Shown one piece after another: positions 36,101-42,350 of a stretch of 44,340 nt of DNA. Each line of letters starts with the position of its first letter. Position 1 is the first letter of the stretch. The stretch comes from a virus (taxonomy: Duplodnaviria; Caudoviricetes): IMG/VR virus record IMGVR_UViG_3300025723_000068, positions 1 to 44,340 of that record. The stretch is one strand, 5' to 3'. The translations under genes and the position numbers were made by a program. Below the pieces are notes generated by a model that searched no databases, had not been told where the DNA came from, and saw only the letters and a program-made list of their open reading frames with translations.

Positions 36101-38468
36101 CTTGTTCTGTATTTCCATCTAGAGACACAACTGTTTGATCAACAGACACTGTTTGTACTGGCTGAAGGAAAATGATTGGTTCTGGAATCAATGGTGGTAC
36201 AGTATCTGGTATAATAAACTGTACTTGATAAACTGTATTTCTAACGCTTGGATCCAAATCGGCCGCAAAAATTACTCGCGATCCATTGGCCAGGGCATAT
36301 CCATTAACATTATATCCAGTTGACCCACTAACATTACTCAATGCATCTGTCTGTACTACATCAATGATGTTCACTGGTGCAATGGCCTGTGTACCAAAGT
36401 CATATAATCGAGTGCCGCCACGATATTCTAAAATAGGTCTTTGCGCCCGAAATTTATTGTCCAATACCGGAACAGTATTATTATAAGCAGCACTGGCATT
36501 AATAACATCAATATGAAACCAACGGTTGCTGCGAGTCCACGGATTAAGGTCTGGACTTGAACGATTTATAGTTAAGTAGTCTGGAATTAGTGGTGCATTT
36601 AAAGTGGCATCATACCCGCCAACATCGTATGGCGTGGAGTCGTAAGGCACTGTTGCTGACTGGGTATAGGTTTCTGGGGTAACATAATTGCTGACTGGTA
36701 ATAATTGAATAGCTGTGCCAACTCCTTCGACATAGTAAGTATTATTCTCATAGCTAGTTGGAACGGTAGTACCACGGAATGTAACTTTCATCCCATTGGA
36801 AAAAGCAACACTGTTGGGACTAGTGTATGTTTTATGGCCAATAATTCGTGTTATATCTAACGGTGGGGTTACCTGGTCAACTAATTGTATTTCTCCAAAA
36901 ATTGCAGGATCGGTACCGTCTTGATAGTATAATGTTGTGGCCGTTGCCGTTAACAATGGAACTTCGTCGAATATTCCAGACGCATTTTTGTACCATTGTG
37001 TACTGGCCCACTTGGTACCAAACAAAATAGTAAATTTGTTTAAATTTGGTATTGACTCGACGCTGTTTAAAATGATGTATGGACGACTATCAATATCATA
37101 AAGTATTTGTATTTGCCAAATACTATACCGAGTAGCTAGATCAATAATTGGGGTAACACTGGAAAAAACTTGCGAGTCAAATCCTGCCCCAGGACTATCA
37201 AATACTCCGTATACATTCCACCCAGTGGAATTATCAATAACAATGGTACGATTATTCAGACTACTTATATTTTTAATACCGTCAATTCCGCTAGGATTGT
37301 TTTGTAAAAATACATCAAAGTATTGTTGATTAATTTGATCAAAAGATATAGTGGTATATAGGTCTACTGTGCCAAGATTTGTTAAATTATAATAAAAATC
37401 TTGAGCATTAATTGACGGAACATTAAAAGTAACAGTGCCAAGATCTTCGCCATTATTAACTACCCCCAATACTGCTCTACTGCCGATGTTCGGAGTAGCT
37501 GGGATGGTTCCATTGACACCAGGTGCAGATTGAATCCAAAATCCAGGGCCTGTGCCAGGAGTGCCGTTGATAACATTAAATTGACCGCGGAAATTAAATT
37601 CCACATCATTACAATAATAAAGAGTATCAGGAGCATCTTGTGGGACAGTGAAGGTAATCAGCCCTGTAGATGTACCGTTATTGAAGACCCCATTGTTGTA
37701 TAAATTAGTGGTACCATAACTAAGTTCTGTTTTAATATAAAACTTTAATGGTTGTGTTTGTGTTAAATTAAATGTGTAAGTATTACCGCGAATCAAGGTT
37801 AAACTAGGATTGGGTTCATAGTCAATGGACCAGCTAGTAGCATTATTGGTTACCCGGTAATCAACGGTATTGGTTGTGTTTTGTGCTACATTAAAATTGT
37901 AATTTCCGCCACGAACTAGTTTAATTACAGGATTATTTCCTGCATAACCAGAAAAAGTATATGCACCATTTGCTCTAGTTACTGTGAAATCGTTAGTTTC
38001 TGGTATAACAGTTGACGCAACATCAACAGCACCTGGGCCAAACGGTAACCAATAGTATTGAGCATAATTTACAAATTTGTCAAGATCGACAAATGGATCC
38101 CAAGTATAGTAATCGCTAGTGTATAGTGCTTGAGGATTGGTAGTTATGGCCCCCTGGCTTGATAAGGCATCTGTAATGCCAGGATAGGTAATTGTGTCAA
38201 CTACTCGATGAGAATCTTCTGGATCAATTTGTACTACACCTGGTTCAAGTTGATAGTCAGTTCGAGTTGAACCAGGTTCGATTACATAGGGATCATTAGC
38301 ATTAACTCCGGGCCCAACATGACGACCGATAAACCCTTGTGTTTGTTTAAATTGTGGATTTTGAACTAGTTGGTCTAATGTTGCGGCCAGAAACTGTTTG
38401 TTAACTGGTGTTTGAAATATTTCTGGTAAAAAATCAACAGTACTAATTTGTGCGCTTGGAATGGCCAT
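24144..38468 (-). CDS. Giant multidomain baseplate/tail structural protein, 4,774 aa
   Basis: Uninterrupted 14.3-kb ORF, TAATG-coupled to the gp6-like gene. Contains FG-GAP-like repeats, CBM5/12-like motifs, repeated 'GDG...G.DY...P..G' beta modules and F/Y-D repeats. Confidence 0.8.
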   Translation of the reverse strand: MAIPSAQISTVDFLPEIFQTPVNKQFLAATLDQLVQNPQFKQTQGFIGRHVGPGVNANDPYVIEPGSTRTDYQLEPGVVQIDPEDSHRVVDTITYPGITDALSSQGAITTNPQALYTSDYYTWDPFVDLDKFVNYAQYYWLPFGPGAVDVASTVIPETNDFTVTRANGAYTFSGYAGNNPVIKLVRGGNYNFNVAQNTTNTVDYRVTNNATSWSIDYEPNPSLTLIRGNTYTFNLTQTQPLKFYIKTELSYGTTNLYNNGVFNNGTSTGLITFTVPQDAPDTLYYCNDVEFNFRGQFNVINGTPGTGPGFWIQSAPGVNGTIPATPNIGSRAVLGVVNNGEDLGTVTFNVPSINAQDFYYNLTNLGTVDLYTTISFDQINQQYFDVFLQNNPSGIDGIKNISSLNNRTIVIDNSTGWNVYGVFDSPGAGFDSQVFSSVTPIIDLATRYSIWQIQILYDIDSRPYIILNSVESIPNLNKFTILFGTKWASTQWYKNASGIFDEVPLLTATATTLYYQDGTDPAIFGEIQLVDQVTPPLDITRIIGHKTYTSPNSVAFSNGMKVTFRGTTVPTSYENNTYYVEGVGTAIQLLPVSNYVTPETYTQSATVPYDSTPYDVGGYDATLNAPLIPDYLTINRSSPDLNPWTRSNRWFHIDVINASAAYNNTVPVLDNKFRAQRPILEYRGGTRLYDFGTQAIAPVNIIDVVQTDALSNVSGSTGYNVNGYALANGSRVIFAADLDPSVRNTVYQVQFIIPDTVPPLIPEPIIFLQPVQTVSVDQTVVSLDGNTEQGLSYRYDGVAWINAQQKIGVNQPPLFDVYDANGISFGDSATYPSTNFTGSPLFSYAISTGAPDLVLGFPLTYLSLTNIGDIVFDNNLYTDSFKYTINNQGQTVPLSTGFVRQYSDRTNYVKEIGWQTAVTPSLIRQQFTFTYDGLPLLLDVAVNTNNTVPAVQIFVNSTFQESYNYTYTTTNNTTTINLLTTYVPGDLIEVLVLSDQTSAAAFYEVPINLENNPFNGNSSQFTLGTIRNHYSTIAQNLIPLQGPVIGANNTRDLGDIIPYGLQILQQSAPLTLTGYFMRSQNYNIFAAIDYNSQQYIKFKSLLLQTTTTFALADYETMTVAQLLDACISKITLGDTNMSSFYSSDMLPTGSVYTSISTTVTPITTRVFNTTQTYNFTESNYLGLLVYVNNELLTRNYDYVVSVDSPVLTITRTLQVGDIVTINEYANTAGNFVPNTPTKLGLYPKYRPEIFLDTDYVNPTPVIQGHDGSVTVAFGDIRDQVLLEFETRIFNNLKNDGNPVPLTAEDVIPGYFRTTDYTQVEITEILGESFLSWAGYNKLDYTSQTYIADNPYTYNYSQADNQLDNQPLLGAWRGIYRYFYDTLTPNITPWEMLGFSEMPLWWETRYGPVPYTSDNLVLWGDLEAGYVADPVAPYIRPNYRRPGLTSVIPVDSQGQLIPPTESVMGRYDPQGFQKSWTVGDGGPVEASWWMSSSYPFAVMRLLALTRPAEFFSLFADRDLYRYNAEVDQYLYNNRYRLNPAQIQIYGNGISKASYINWIVDYNQQLGINSTDALKTDLENLDVRLCYRMASFVAAQNLNVYLEKSSPESNNTTLLIPSESYNLQLYQNQPYDSFAYSAIIIEVAETGYTIYGYSNYQPYFTIFASRINNNFQTITAGNTSVQVPTQYSDTLVQIPYGYTFTSLSSTVDFILSYGAYLASQGMTFTQLQNGYVLDWKQMAQEFLYFANQGWATGTLINLNPAATQMSVYRPGSVVDSLVTYTPENMILDQNRTVVSTDKLIIQRLGDRFVASPPRNTTHTIAYAQLKYTNFEDIVVFDNRTIFNDLIYDPVTAERQNRLLLSAQTSTQWDGTLNAQGFILNNPLTVKQWQPNTSYTKGEIVIYQYSYWQAAGIVQPATKFKYSDWYKSNYQSIQQGLLQNLALKADQLANSYNIQTANLNNANDLLAFNLIGFVPRQYMVNLGLDSVSQVNVYQQFIKTKGTLNAAELFTNVNFNQDTGQYKIYQDWGVLVGTYGANANRSWFEVNLNEARLTGNPSTLQIVNPGETSTADQAILLSDLWAESYKIPSTNILPTTYSRNLDTALPTAGYVNLNDVDITVFNLNDPSSIAANLSTVGNGTTIWVAQDNSYNWNIYECVQVSGRILQLTDNLNGTSIAQFSGLTTELSVGDLIIIKYFNSLVNGVYRVLSRPSINSVVIAYSFTNTNKTSIAGNGIAFRLQTTRVSQASDAVNLSYVTSLVPGATIWVDNNGVGQWEVLQKQSPFSEGSTLVATASETGLQYGYSLAQSQNNLALLVGSPGAESGAGAIYTYRPGTTQSYIQNTKLTLPAPNTVGFGNSVSFGKQTWATAGASASNSGAGYATVIYQPAGSNDLIQTQLLTAPDSDFSSIEFGSTVKISTDERWMYIGAPSGNKVYAYGRVDIPVQEIGYTGDGTTATFVYNTAIQIDPGHPEQLLVYLGNRQLIYGIDYVITPVLVQLFTSPASGEQVRIVRRTETQLDYVIYYDISQNSGPGTGAKFTVSNTRGVYNTTLTAAGSLYTVGDILTVDYTQIAPTGNSSNNLTITVTGVHAGGITSFTTSGHGVYNTSDFTLIDYFYTTNNIDSFTVFVNSVLQRPNIDYIFTFVGRHIIFNTLPPAGAVIIVNAATYWQYIDTLAVGGIGADANFGSSLTCTSDGRQILIGADYDNAGAISHAGSLYAFDRSVVRYIVSNPTQTTYTIPGTFTAPVAVLLNKQYLTNSAQYINGQFTVSGSSIILSESVTIVNGDILEIETNQFQQIQKITANTVIDQSNFGQSVVICPNNCSVYTGAPLAYSNTSQPQTGLVQRQVNQSRVYGVTTSTVANPILTIGDTLRINDFLVTVPTNNTVAGLVTAINSSGIPNVVATLIPNVELVADGSTKIFNIGNIYSSATSYTTVVYIGTTLQTSGVDYTYNNTTQQILFVLPPTAGAVITAIAGRVTISVINAVAAKEYDMLTILPGINGTAFDDLGFVTYAYTQTIVSPNPTDYAQFGSSISIDASAVNLVIGAPNGNVYEPTTFDASQTYFDEHSTTFYNAVDNSGVVYTFDYLPSATSSISTPGQFVFGQQIYSNSIATIDQFGTAVSYGNGLLLVGAPGNNSGQGYVTVFTNPDNLPAWEVIYSQQPVVDVSLLNSVYSYNKLLNSTQTYFDFIDPLQGKILGVARRNIDYIGAVDPAQYNSGSVHNNGTSWSSAHVGEIWWDTNTVRFIEPNQDNITYASRQWAQTFPGSTIDIYQWIESSVAPVNYTGPGTPLSTVSYTVKSSLSNSGIFVTNYYFWVKGRSIVDTAHNKTLSTTSIANYISNPGGSGIPYIAAINANTVALYNAKSLLSASDTIMHIEYERQVQNSSGDIHTEYAFIADGRPDAFLNNQLYRKLQDSFSGQDTFGNLVPDPALSPGQRYGVQFRPRQSMFADRFTALKNYLGRVNTVLAQYPISETRSFNLLNSSEPTPPATIIVNNVTTTIWNYEVPNLETLAYQDLAIVPIGYKYLVLSDSSQSGRWTIYEVVAGSAPVVPPNLQLIRIQNYDTPLYWNYINWYLPGYNSSIQPLITVANISDLQTLSIVQAPLNTSVKVSANGIGKWEIYLRKAVNSNIRDWQRVGLEDGTITFSESLWNYSAGGFGFDVEPFDAQYYDQYPTIETRKIIQAINEELLIDELLIERNQALILMFQFIYTEFTSPDWLIKTSYIEVDHVLRSLLPYQIYQPDNSTFVEDYLQEIKPFHTQTLAFNLIYDGVDTWGGLPTDYDVPAYWNTALEIPQFVSPVLTPYTLSNSLVQSTTSDASTNAQIWLEYPWSSWYNNYLLNIESIVIANQGSGYITPPQVLVNGVPNTNFYSVVNSAGQVLAVNIINNIDTYSTTPTIALLGSGTGAIAVPVMGNGLVRSIKTTIKYDRYQYASTIIDWEPNITYSAGTQVRWNNIVWSANSTVTSTVFDPGQWNRVAAGDLSGVDRTMGYYVPGPNMPGLSLPLLIDGVEYPGVQVTAPTFSQNTGYDVGNFDINPYDNISYDENGRPTYDYGILDAAYSSSYLDLYLGTRATDINVNGGAYIDTFSSYAPEELVPGSEFDTLDFRVYTTPGADWTGQGFGFPAASRRYVYNYNNPVLNFYGVLENPMVVILFNATLGLSVEPLLYNWANWELTVDPVTADPGDTLIIYVAGVGGGNQLYNHTYLGSDLINGNKINIPFALPNSTPPLPGTIYEFVIYNGEIPLEEGVDYTYTALGENQTQITFTDTYDSTNRINLSTLGYPYSDPVHSYSLPVFETIVVDSTIASTHNITLTNSMQGTNPVNLIVSVNGVRARPSEDVLYTGDGVTHLYNLPQRGGYSQSLIADNDVFVYVNNVALVLNVDFIVTPYIDSVTPRTVEIFSAPVNGSSVLVSVRTAAQYWVSGNQLTFRPATGLSPSIGEIVEIVSWNDTSEQGIITQVFVGPTSVGATVSEGYASVEFDSATSNNTSGSYDYTIGIITQENMFDTGRVITNPERLLVTLNGEWLFNGIGYTVNGSTIVLPGAPISAQSVLTVTSFTQYVVPNAMAFRIFQDMRGVQATYSITPSTTTTTTEDVAIDSDTMYVANIMALTQPNIPANIWGVLTIGAERIMYRHWDAGTNTVSGLLRGTAGTAVTEHVAGTTVYNLGRNNLLPLEYQDKIESDSMLANGTTTIYTTNISMNNGHAVEVYVGGILQTNNYTITSLNPVVVTFTTAPVAGSEVTILIRRGLSWYRPGIHTPSDGVPLQETNTIAARFLRGL

Positions 38469-41400
38469 TAAATTACTCCGCTACCGGGTGCTGTTTGTAA
38501 ATTAGTACTAGTCAATGCTGTAATAACTTCGATGTCGTTGACTGTAGCACCGTTAACAAATATTTGATTTGGCGCCGATCTGATTTCGTACAAGTCGCCA
38601 AAACTCTTTTGTGGATTTAATGGAACTAAAACTACACTACTCACTATGTCTCCAATATTCTGATGTATATAAGCTGACAGCTCACTAAAATAAAAAGTGT
38701 CACCAAAGTTCCAAGCATCAAGATTAAAATAAGCATTCATATTAGCAACTACTAAACTTTTAATAGCACTGGCACTGGCGGTACTTTGACTGTTTTGAAT
38801 AACTTTAATTGTGGCTCGTAATGCAGGGTCGGCTTTTTGTCCAAACACTGGTTGAAAATCAACCGAGTTAAGAATTACATTATCGGAAATCATTTGATAA
38901 TTTTGCAAACCTTCGTAGGCTGTGGTTAATTGATCAATAGTAGGAGGACTGGGGTTGGTAACAGTTCCTGTAGTGTCTTGTAACCAATTAATATAAGCGG
39001 TATAATAATTATTAGTAACCACATACAAGTCAATAATGTTAGTTGATCCTGGATCAATTCTACTAGTCAACGGACTATTATGTCTATATTGGAATTTTAA
39101 ACCTTGGCGGCCACTCTGCGCCAGATACGATGTATTAACTGTAAGCACAGGATTGCCTAACGAGTCAGCTCCTAATACATAGAACACTTGATTTTGCCCT
39201 GTTGAATCTGTTTCGGTATAAGCGTAAAATACTTGGCCAATGGTATATTCTGTTTGTACTGCTTGTATTGTTGCCTTGGTTGGATAATCGCTGTTAACTC
39301 GACCAGCAGAAATTAAAAGATATCTTTGTAAATTATCAAAATCGACTGTTGATTGAAAGTATACATATTTTTGATTTGCATTAACATTGGGTGCCACTAT
39401 ATCGTTAAAAAAATCAGGATTGACCGGCGATGACCCATTGATTTCGCTAAAACTTACCTCAACTTGAAAATCATCAACTAACCCATCACTTAACACAGGT
39501 TGGTTAATAATAGTTAAAATATTGTCACTGGGCATAGCAGTTGTAGAATCTGGTTCGGTGTTAATGCTTAATACATTTACAAAATCCTTGATCACTGTAC
39601 CGGTGCGACTGTCGTAAATGGGGTCGTTAGTATAAAAGAAAAATCTTGTATCTAAAACACTACCAAAATAATAATTCAATGATCGTGAAATCACTGTGTA
39701 AGTTGAACCATTGTAGGTTGCTTGTATTACCCACGAAGCGTCGAGATTGGTACCCGCAGTACTTTGTGCATTAGTTAAATTAAATTCAGCATTGACCGCT
39801 AGATTATTAGCAGTAATTACATACCAAGTATCGGTTAAATTGTTATAGCCAATACCAAAATTTTGATTAAGATAAATTTGATTAAAAATTTGTTGTTGCA
39901 CTGAAGTTGGTAAACTAGTAGTCAGCAACGGAACTACTTGAGTTGGAATTGCTCCTGTTGGGATATAAGTGTTGAGTACCACTGGGCCAATACCTGACGG
40001 TAAATTGCCAAGGCCTTGTGCTGTTCCATTGACATATACCGCAGTAGGGCTGGCCCATAAGACTACTTTTTCGTTGGGGCCGGTAGGAACTCCGGCTTTT
40101 AAATTGTTATTAGCATCAAAGTAGTATCCAGTAGGTGGAACAAATTTTATCAAGCTACCTTCGGTGATATATCTAGCAGAGTTACTAGCATATGTACCAA
40201 TCGCCTGTGGAATTCCTGTTGCATTTTGGAAATATCCGGTAGCTTCATTAGTAAGAACTGTACTACTGTGCCAGGTATAATTCAAAACAGCCAAATTAGG
40301 ACGAGGGAAATTAGCATAATAAAACTGTTCAAATCCAGCACGACTAGATAACGGAGCAATTTGATTTGTTACAGCATTTGAAATGTCAGTAGTAGTTAAC
40401 CAACTGAACTGAAATGCTGGCAACGTATTAATTTGATATAAGGCGCCGTCGTCGGCAAATATATTAGTACTAGAATACTTTCCGGTACCATCTACTAAAT
40501 CAAGATAACGACTAGTACCGATGCTTGCACGATTTAATGCAGTACTTTTAAGAATACTATTGTATTGTGTAAATGGAAAATTACTATAGTCCTCGCCATT
40601 TACCATGCGATTCTGCGTATAGTATTGTGCTGGAGCTCGTTGCTTAATTTCGTTAATGGTTTCTCGGGCCTGTGCGTTTGTAACTGGTTCGGCAAGGCCG
40701 CAGGTAAATGTTATGGTTTCAATTTGTCCAGTGCGACTAACATAACTGATAGGTACCGAAATAGATTGCATTTCGATTGGATTAATAATATAAGTTAACC
40801 CATTGCTAGCACGAATATAAGTGCGAAAAGTTCCTACTGGTATAGTGCTGAATACTCCATCACCAAAGTTCAATGTAATTTGATCATTGGTGCGACTAGC
40901 GATACTGTAGATGTTTTTAGTATTAGGAGACAATTGTTCCACAGCAGCGGCATAAACGCTTTGTACTGACTGCCAATACTTAGAAATATTTCCTACATTG
41001 TCTAATTGATATAACCAAACATCAGTATTATTAATGCCTTCAATATTAATGTTAACTGCACGATTACTGATGCTTTCGGCTAAATTGAAATCTTGATTTT
41101 GTAATACGCCTTGTTTGAATAAAAAGAAAAATCCTGTGTTGGCACTAGAATATCCTTGTTGATCATTACGGAACAATACATTAAATTGCCCATTAGGTAA
41201 GGGTGGCGGTTCATATACATATGGTTGGCCGGCGGTAGTAGAGTTAACTACTTCAAACGGCATGTTTACAGTGTCTACTGTAGCAGTAAACGGAATTACC
41301 GGAATATACCCCGGCACTAAATTTATAGTATATTCTTGAGTATCCACTCCTCCGACTACTTTGTCACCACCTGGGCGACCAAATTGTTGTGCATCAACTA

Positions 41401-41914
41401 GGGCCGCATTAATAATTGTAGTAAATTGTTCTTGCCAGTTTAAATTTGTTGGGTCGGCCCAATTGACAGTAAGATTGGCCAGATTGATTCCGTTATAATC
41501 GGTTAGATTTTCTGTAGTCGAAATAGAAAATACTTTAAGATATCCGCTTGCTTCTGTATTGCGTAGTGGGGTATAACTAACAAGATTTGCCAAACGAACT
41601 ACGCTATCGCGCCGCTCGGCGGTATCCATATAATTTTCGCGAGCATTCAAATCGCTACGAAATGCCAAACTTTGGCCCATAAAAGCCATAACATCAAGTA
41701 AGGCAATAAATTCTGAACTTTCAATATAGTCATTAAAAGTTTCTGGATAATACAAGCGCAAGTAGTCTACAAAAGTTTTGCGTAGAGTTTCAAAGTCGTA
41801 ACTTTGAAAATCGGCCTCACGATAGGTTTGAAAAATCCTTTTCCAATCCTCGACCCCAAAAATAACAGTTTGTCTTGTAGTAGTTGCTGTAGTGGTTGTA
41901 TTTGTTGTGGCCAT
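38468..41914 (-). CDS. Baseplate wedge protein, T4 gp6-like
   Basis: DFETLRKTFVDYLR..Y...FNDYIESSEFIALLDVMAF...TAERRDSVVRLA.LVSY.P, FGDGVF and ETINEIKQRAP..Y.TQNRMVNGEDY. Confidence 0.85.
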   Translation of the reverse strand: MATTNTTTTATTTRQTVIFGVEDWKRIFQTYREADFQSYDFETLRKTFVDYLRLYYPETFNDYIESSEFIALLDVMAFMGQSLAFRSDLNARENYMDTAERRDSVVRLANLVSYTPLRNTEASGYLKVFSISTTENLTDYNGINLANLTVNWADPTNLNWQEQFTTIINAALVDAQQFGRPGGDKVVGGVDTQEYTINLVPGYIPVIPFTATVDTVNMPFEVVNSTTAGQPYVYEPPPLPNGQFNVLFRNDQQGYSSANTGFFFLFKQGVLQNQDFNLAESISNRAVNINIEGINNTDVWLYQLDNVGNISKYWQSVQSVYAAAVEQLSPNTKNIYSIASRTNDQITLNFGDGVFSTIPVGTFRTYIRASNGLTYIINPIEMQSISVPISYVSRTGQIETITFTCGLAEPVTNAQARETINEIKQRAPAQYYTQNRMVNGEDYSNFPFTQYNSILKSTALNRASIGTSRYLDLVDGTGKYSSTNIFADDGALYQINTLPAFQFSWLTTTDISNAVTNQIAPLSSRAGFEQFYYANFPRPNLAVLNYTWHSSTVLTNEATGYFQNATGIPQAIGTYASNSARYITEGSLIKFVPPTGYYFDANNNLKAGVPTGPNEKVVLWASPTAVYVNGTAQGLGNLPSGIGPVVLNTYIPTGAIPTQVVPLLTTSLPTSVQQQIFNQIYLNQNFGIGYNNLTDTWYVITANNLAVNAEFNLTNAQSTAGTNLDASWVIQATYNGSTYTVISRSLNYYFGSVLDTRFFFYTNDPIYDSRTGTVIKDFVNVLSINTEPDSTTAMPSDNILTIINQPVLSDGLVDDFQVEVSFSEINGSSPVNPDFFNDIVAPNVNANQKYVYFQSTVDFDNLQRYLLISAGRVNSDYPTKATIQAVQTEYTIGQVFYAYTETDSTGQNQVFYVLGADSLGNPVLTVNTSYLAQSGRQGLKFQYRHNSPLTSRIDPGSTNIIDLYVVTNNYYTAYINWLQDTTGTVTNPSPPTIDQLTTAYEGLQNYQMISDNVILNSVDFQPVFGQKADPALRATIKVIQNSQSTASASAIKSLVVANMNAYFNLDAWNFGDTFYFSELSAYIHQNIGDIVSSVVLVPLNPQKSFGDLYEIRSAPNQIFVNGATVNDIEVITALTSTNLQTAPGSGVI

Positions 41915-41933
41915 GATTATCCCAGTCTAATAA

Positions 41934-41940
41934 TATTTAT
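41934..41940 (-). promoter_or_regulatory. ATAAATA late-promoter-like motif, flanked by a cccagt/actggg inverted repeat (41921..41957)
   Basis: Lies in the 46-nt gap before the gp6-like gene. Confidence 0.5.
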
Positions 41941-41960
41941 CGAAATAATAAACTGGGTAG

Positions 41961-42335
41961 TTAAACGTAGGTGGCTCTACGCTGTTGTTGATCAAAGAAA
42001 ATACTCAATAACTGTGCGTTAGTATTAGGAACAACGGCCAGACCCACTTGAATTAAAAGTCCATTTTGTTGTGGAAACATCTGTATGCCGCTGATGTAAA
42101 CTCTAGGATCGCCGGCACATACTCGCTGTATTTCGTTGTAAATTAATTGTTGTGTTTCTTGCGTTTGATTCTCAAACAAGTAATTCCACAATATAGTTCC
42201 ATACCCTGGGCGACCCACCAATTCGCCCTGGCGAATGTTAAAAGCGTTTAATAGGTCAATTTTGATCAAATCAAAATCTACTAGTGTAAACTTTTTGTTT
42301 TGATTGATAGTGTTGAATCCGATAAATGTAGGCAT
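41961..42335 (-). CDS. Baseplate wedge protein, gp25/GPW-like
   Basis: LIKIDLLNAFNIRQGELVGRPGYGTILWNYLFE...DPRV; directly upstream of the gp6-like gene. Confidence 0.9.
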   Translation of the reverse strand: MPTFIGFNTINQNKKFTLVDFDLIKIDLLNAFNIRQGELVGRPGYGTILWNYLFENQTQETQQLIYNEIQRVCAGDPRVYISGIQMFPQQNGLLIQVGLAVVPNTNAQLLSIFFDQQQRRATYV

Positions 42336-42339
42336 CTTG

Positions 42340-42345
42340 TATTTA
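42340..42345 (-). promoter_or_regulatory. TAAATA late-promoter-like motif
   Basis: Minus strand gagTAAATAcaagATG, the same 4-nt spacing to the ATG as at 24131. Confidence 0.55.
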
Positions 42346-42350
42346 CTCTA

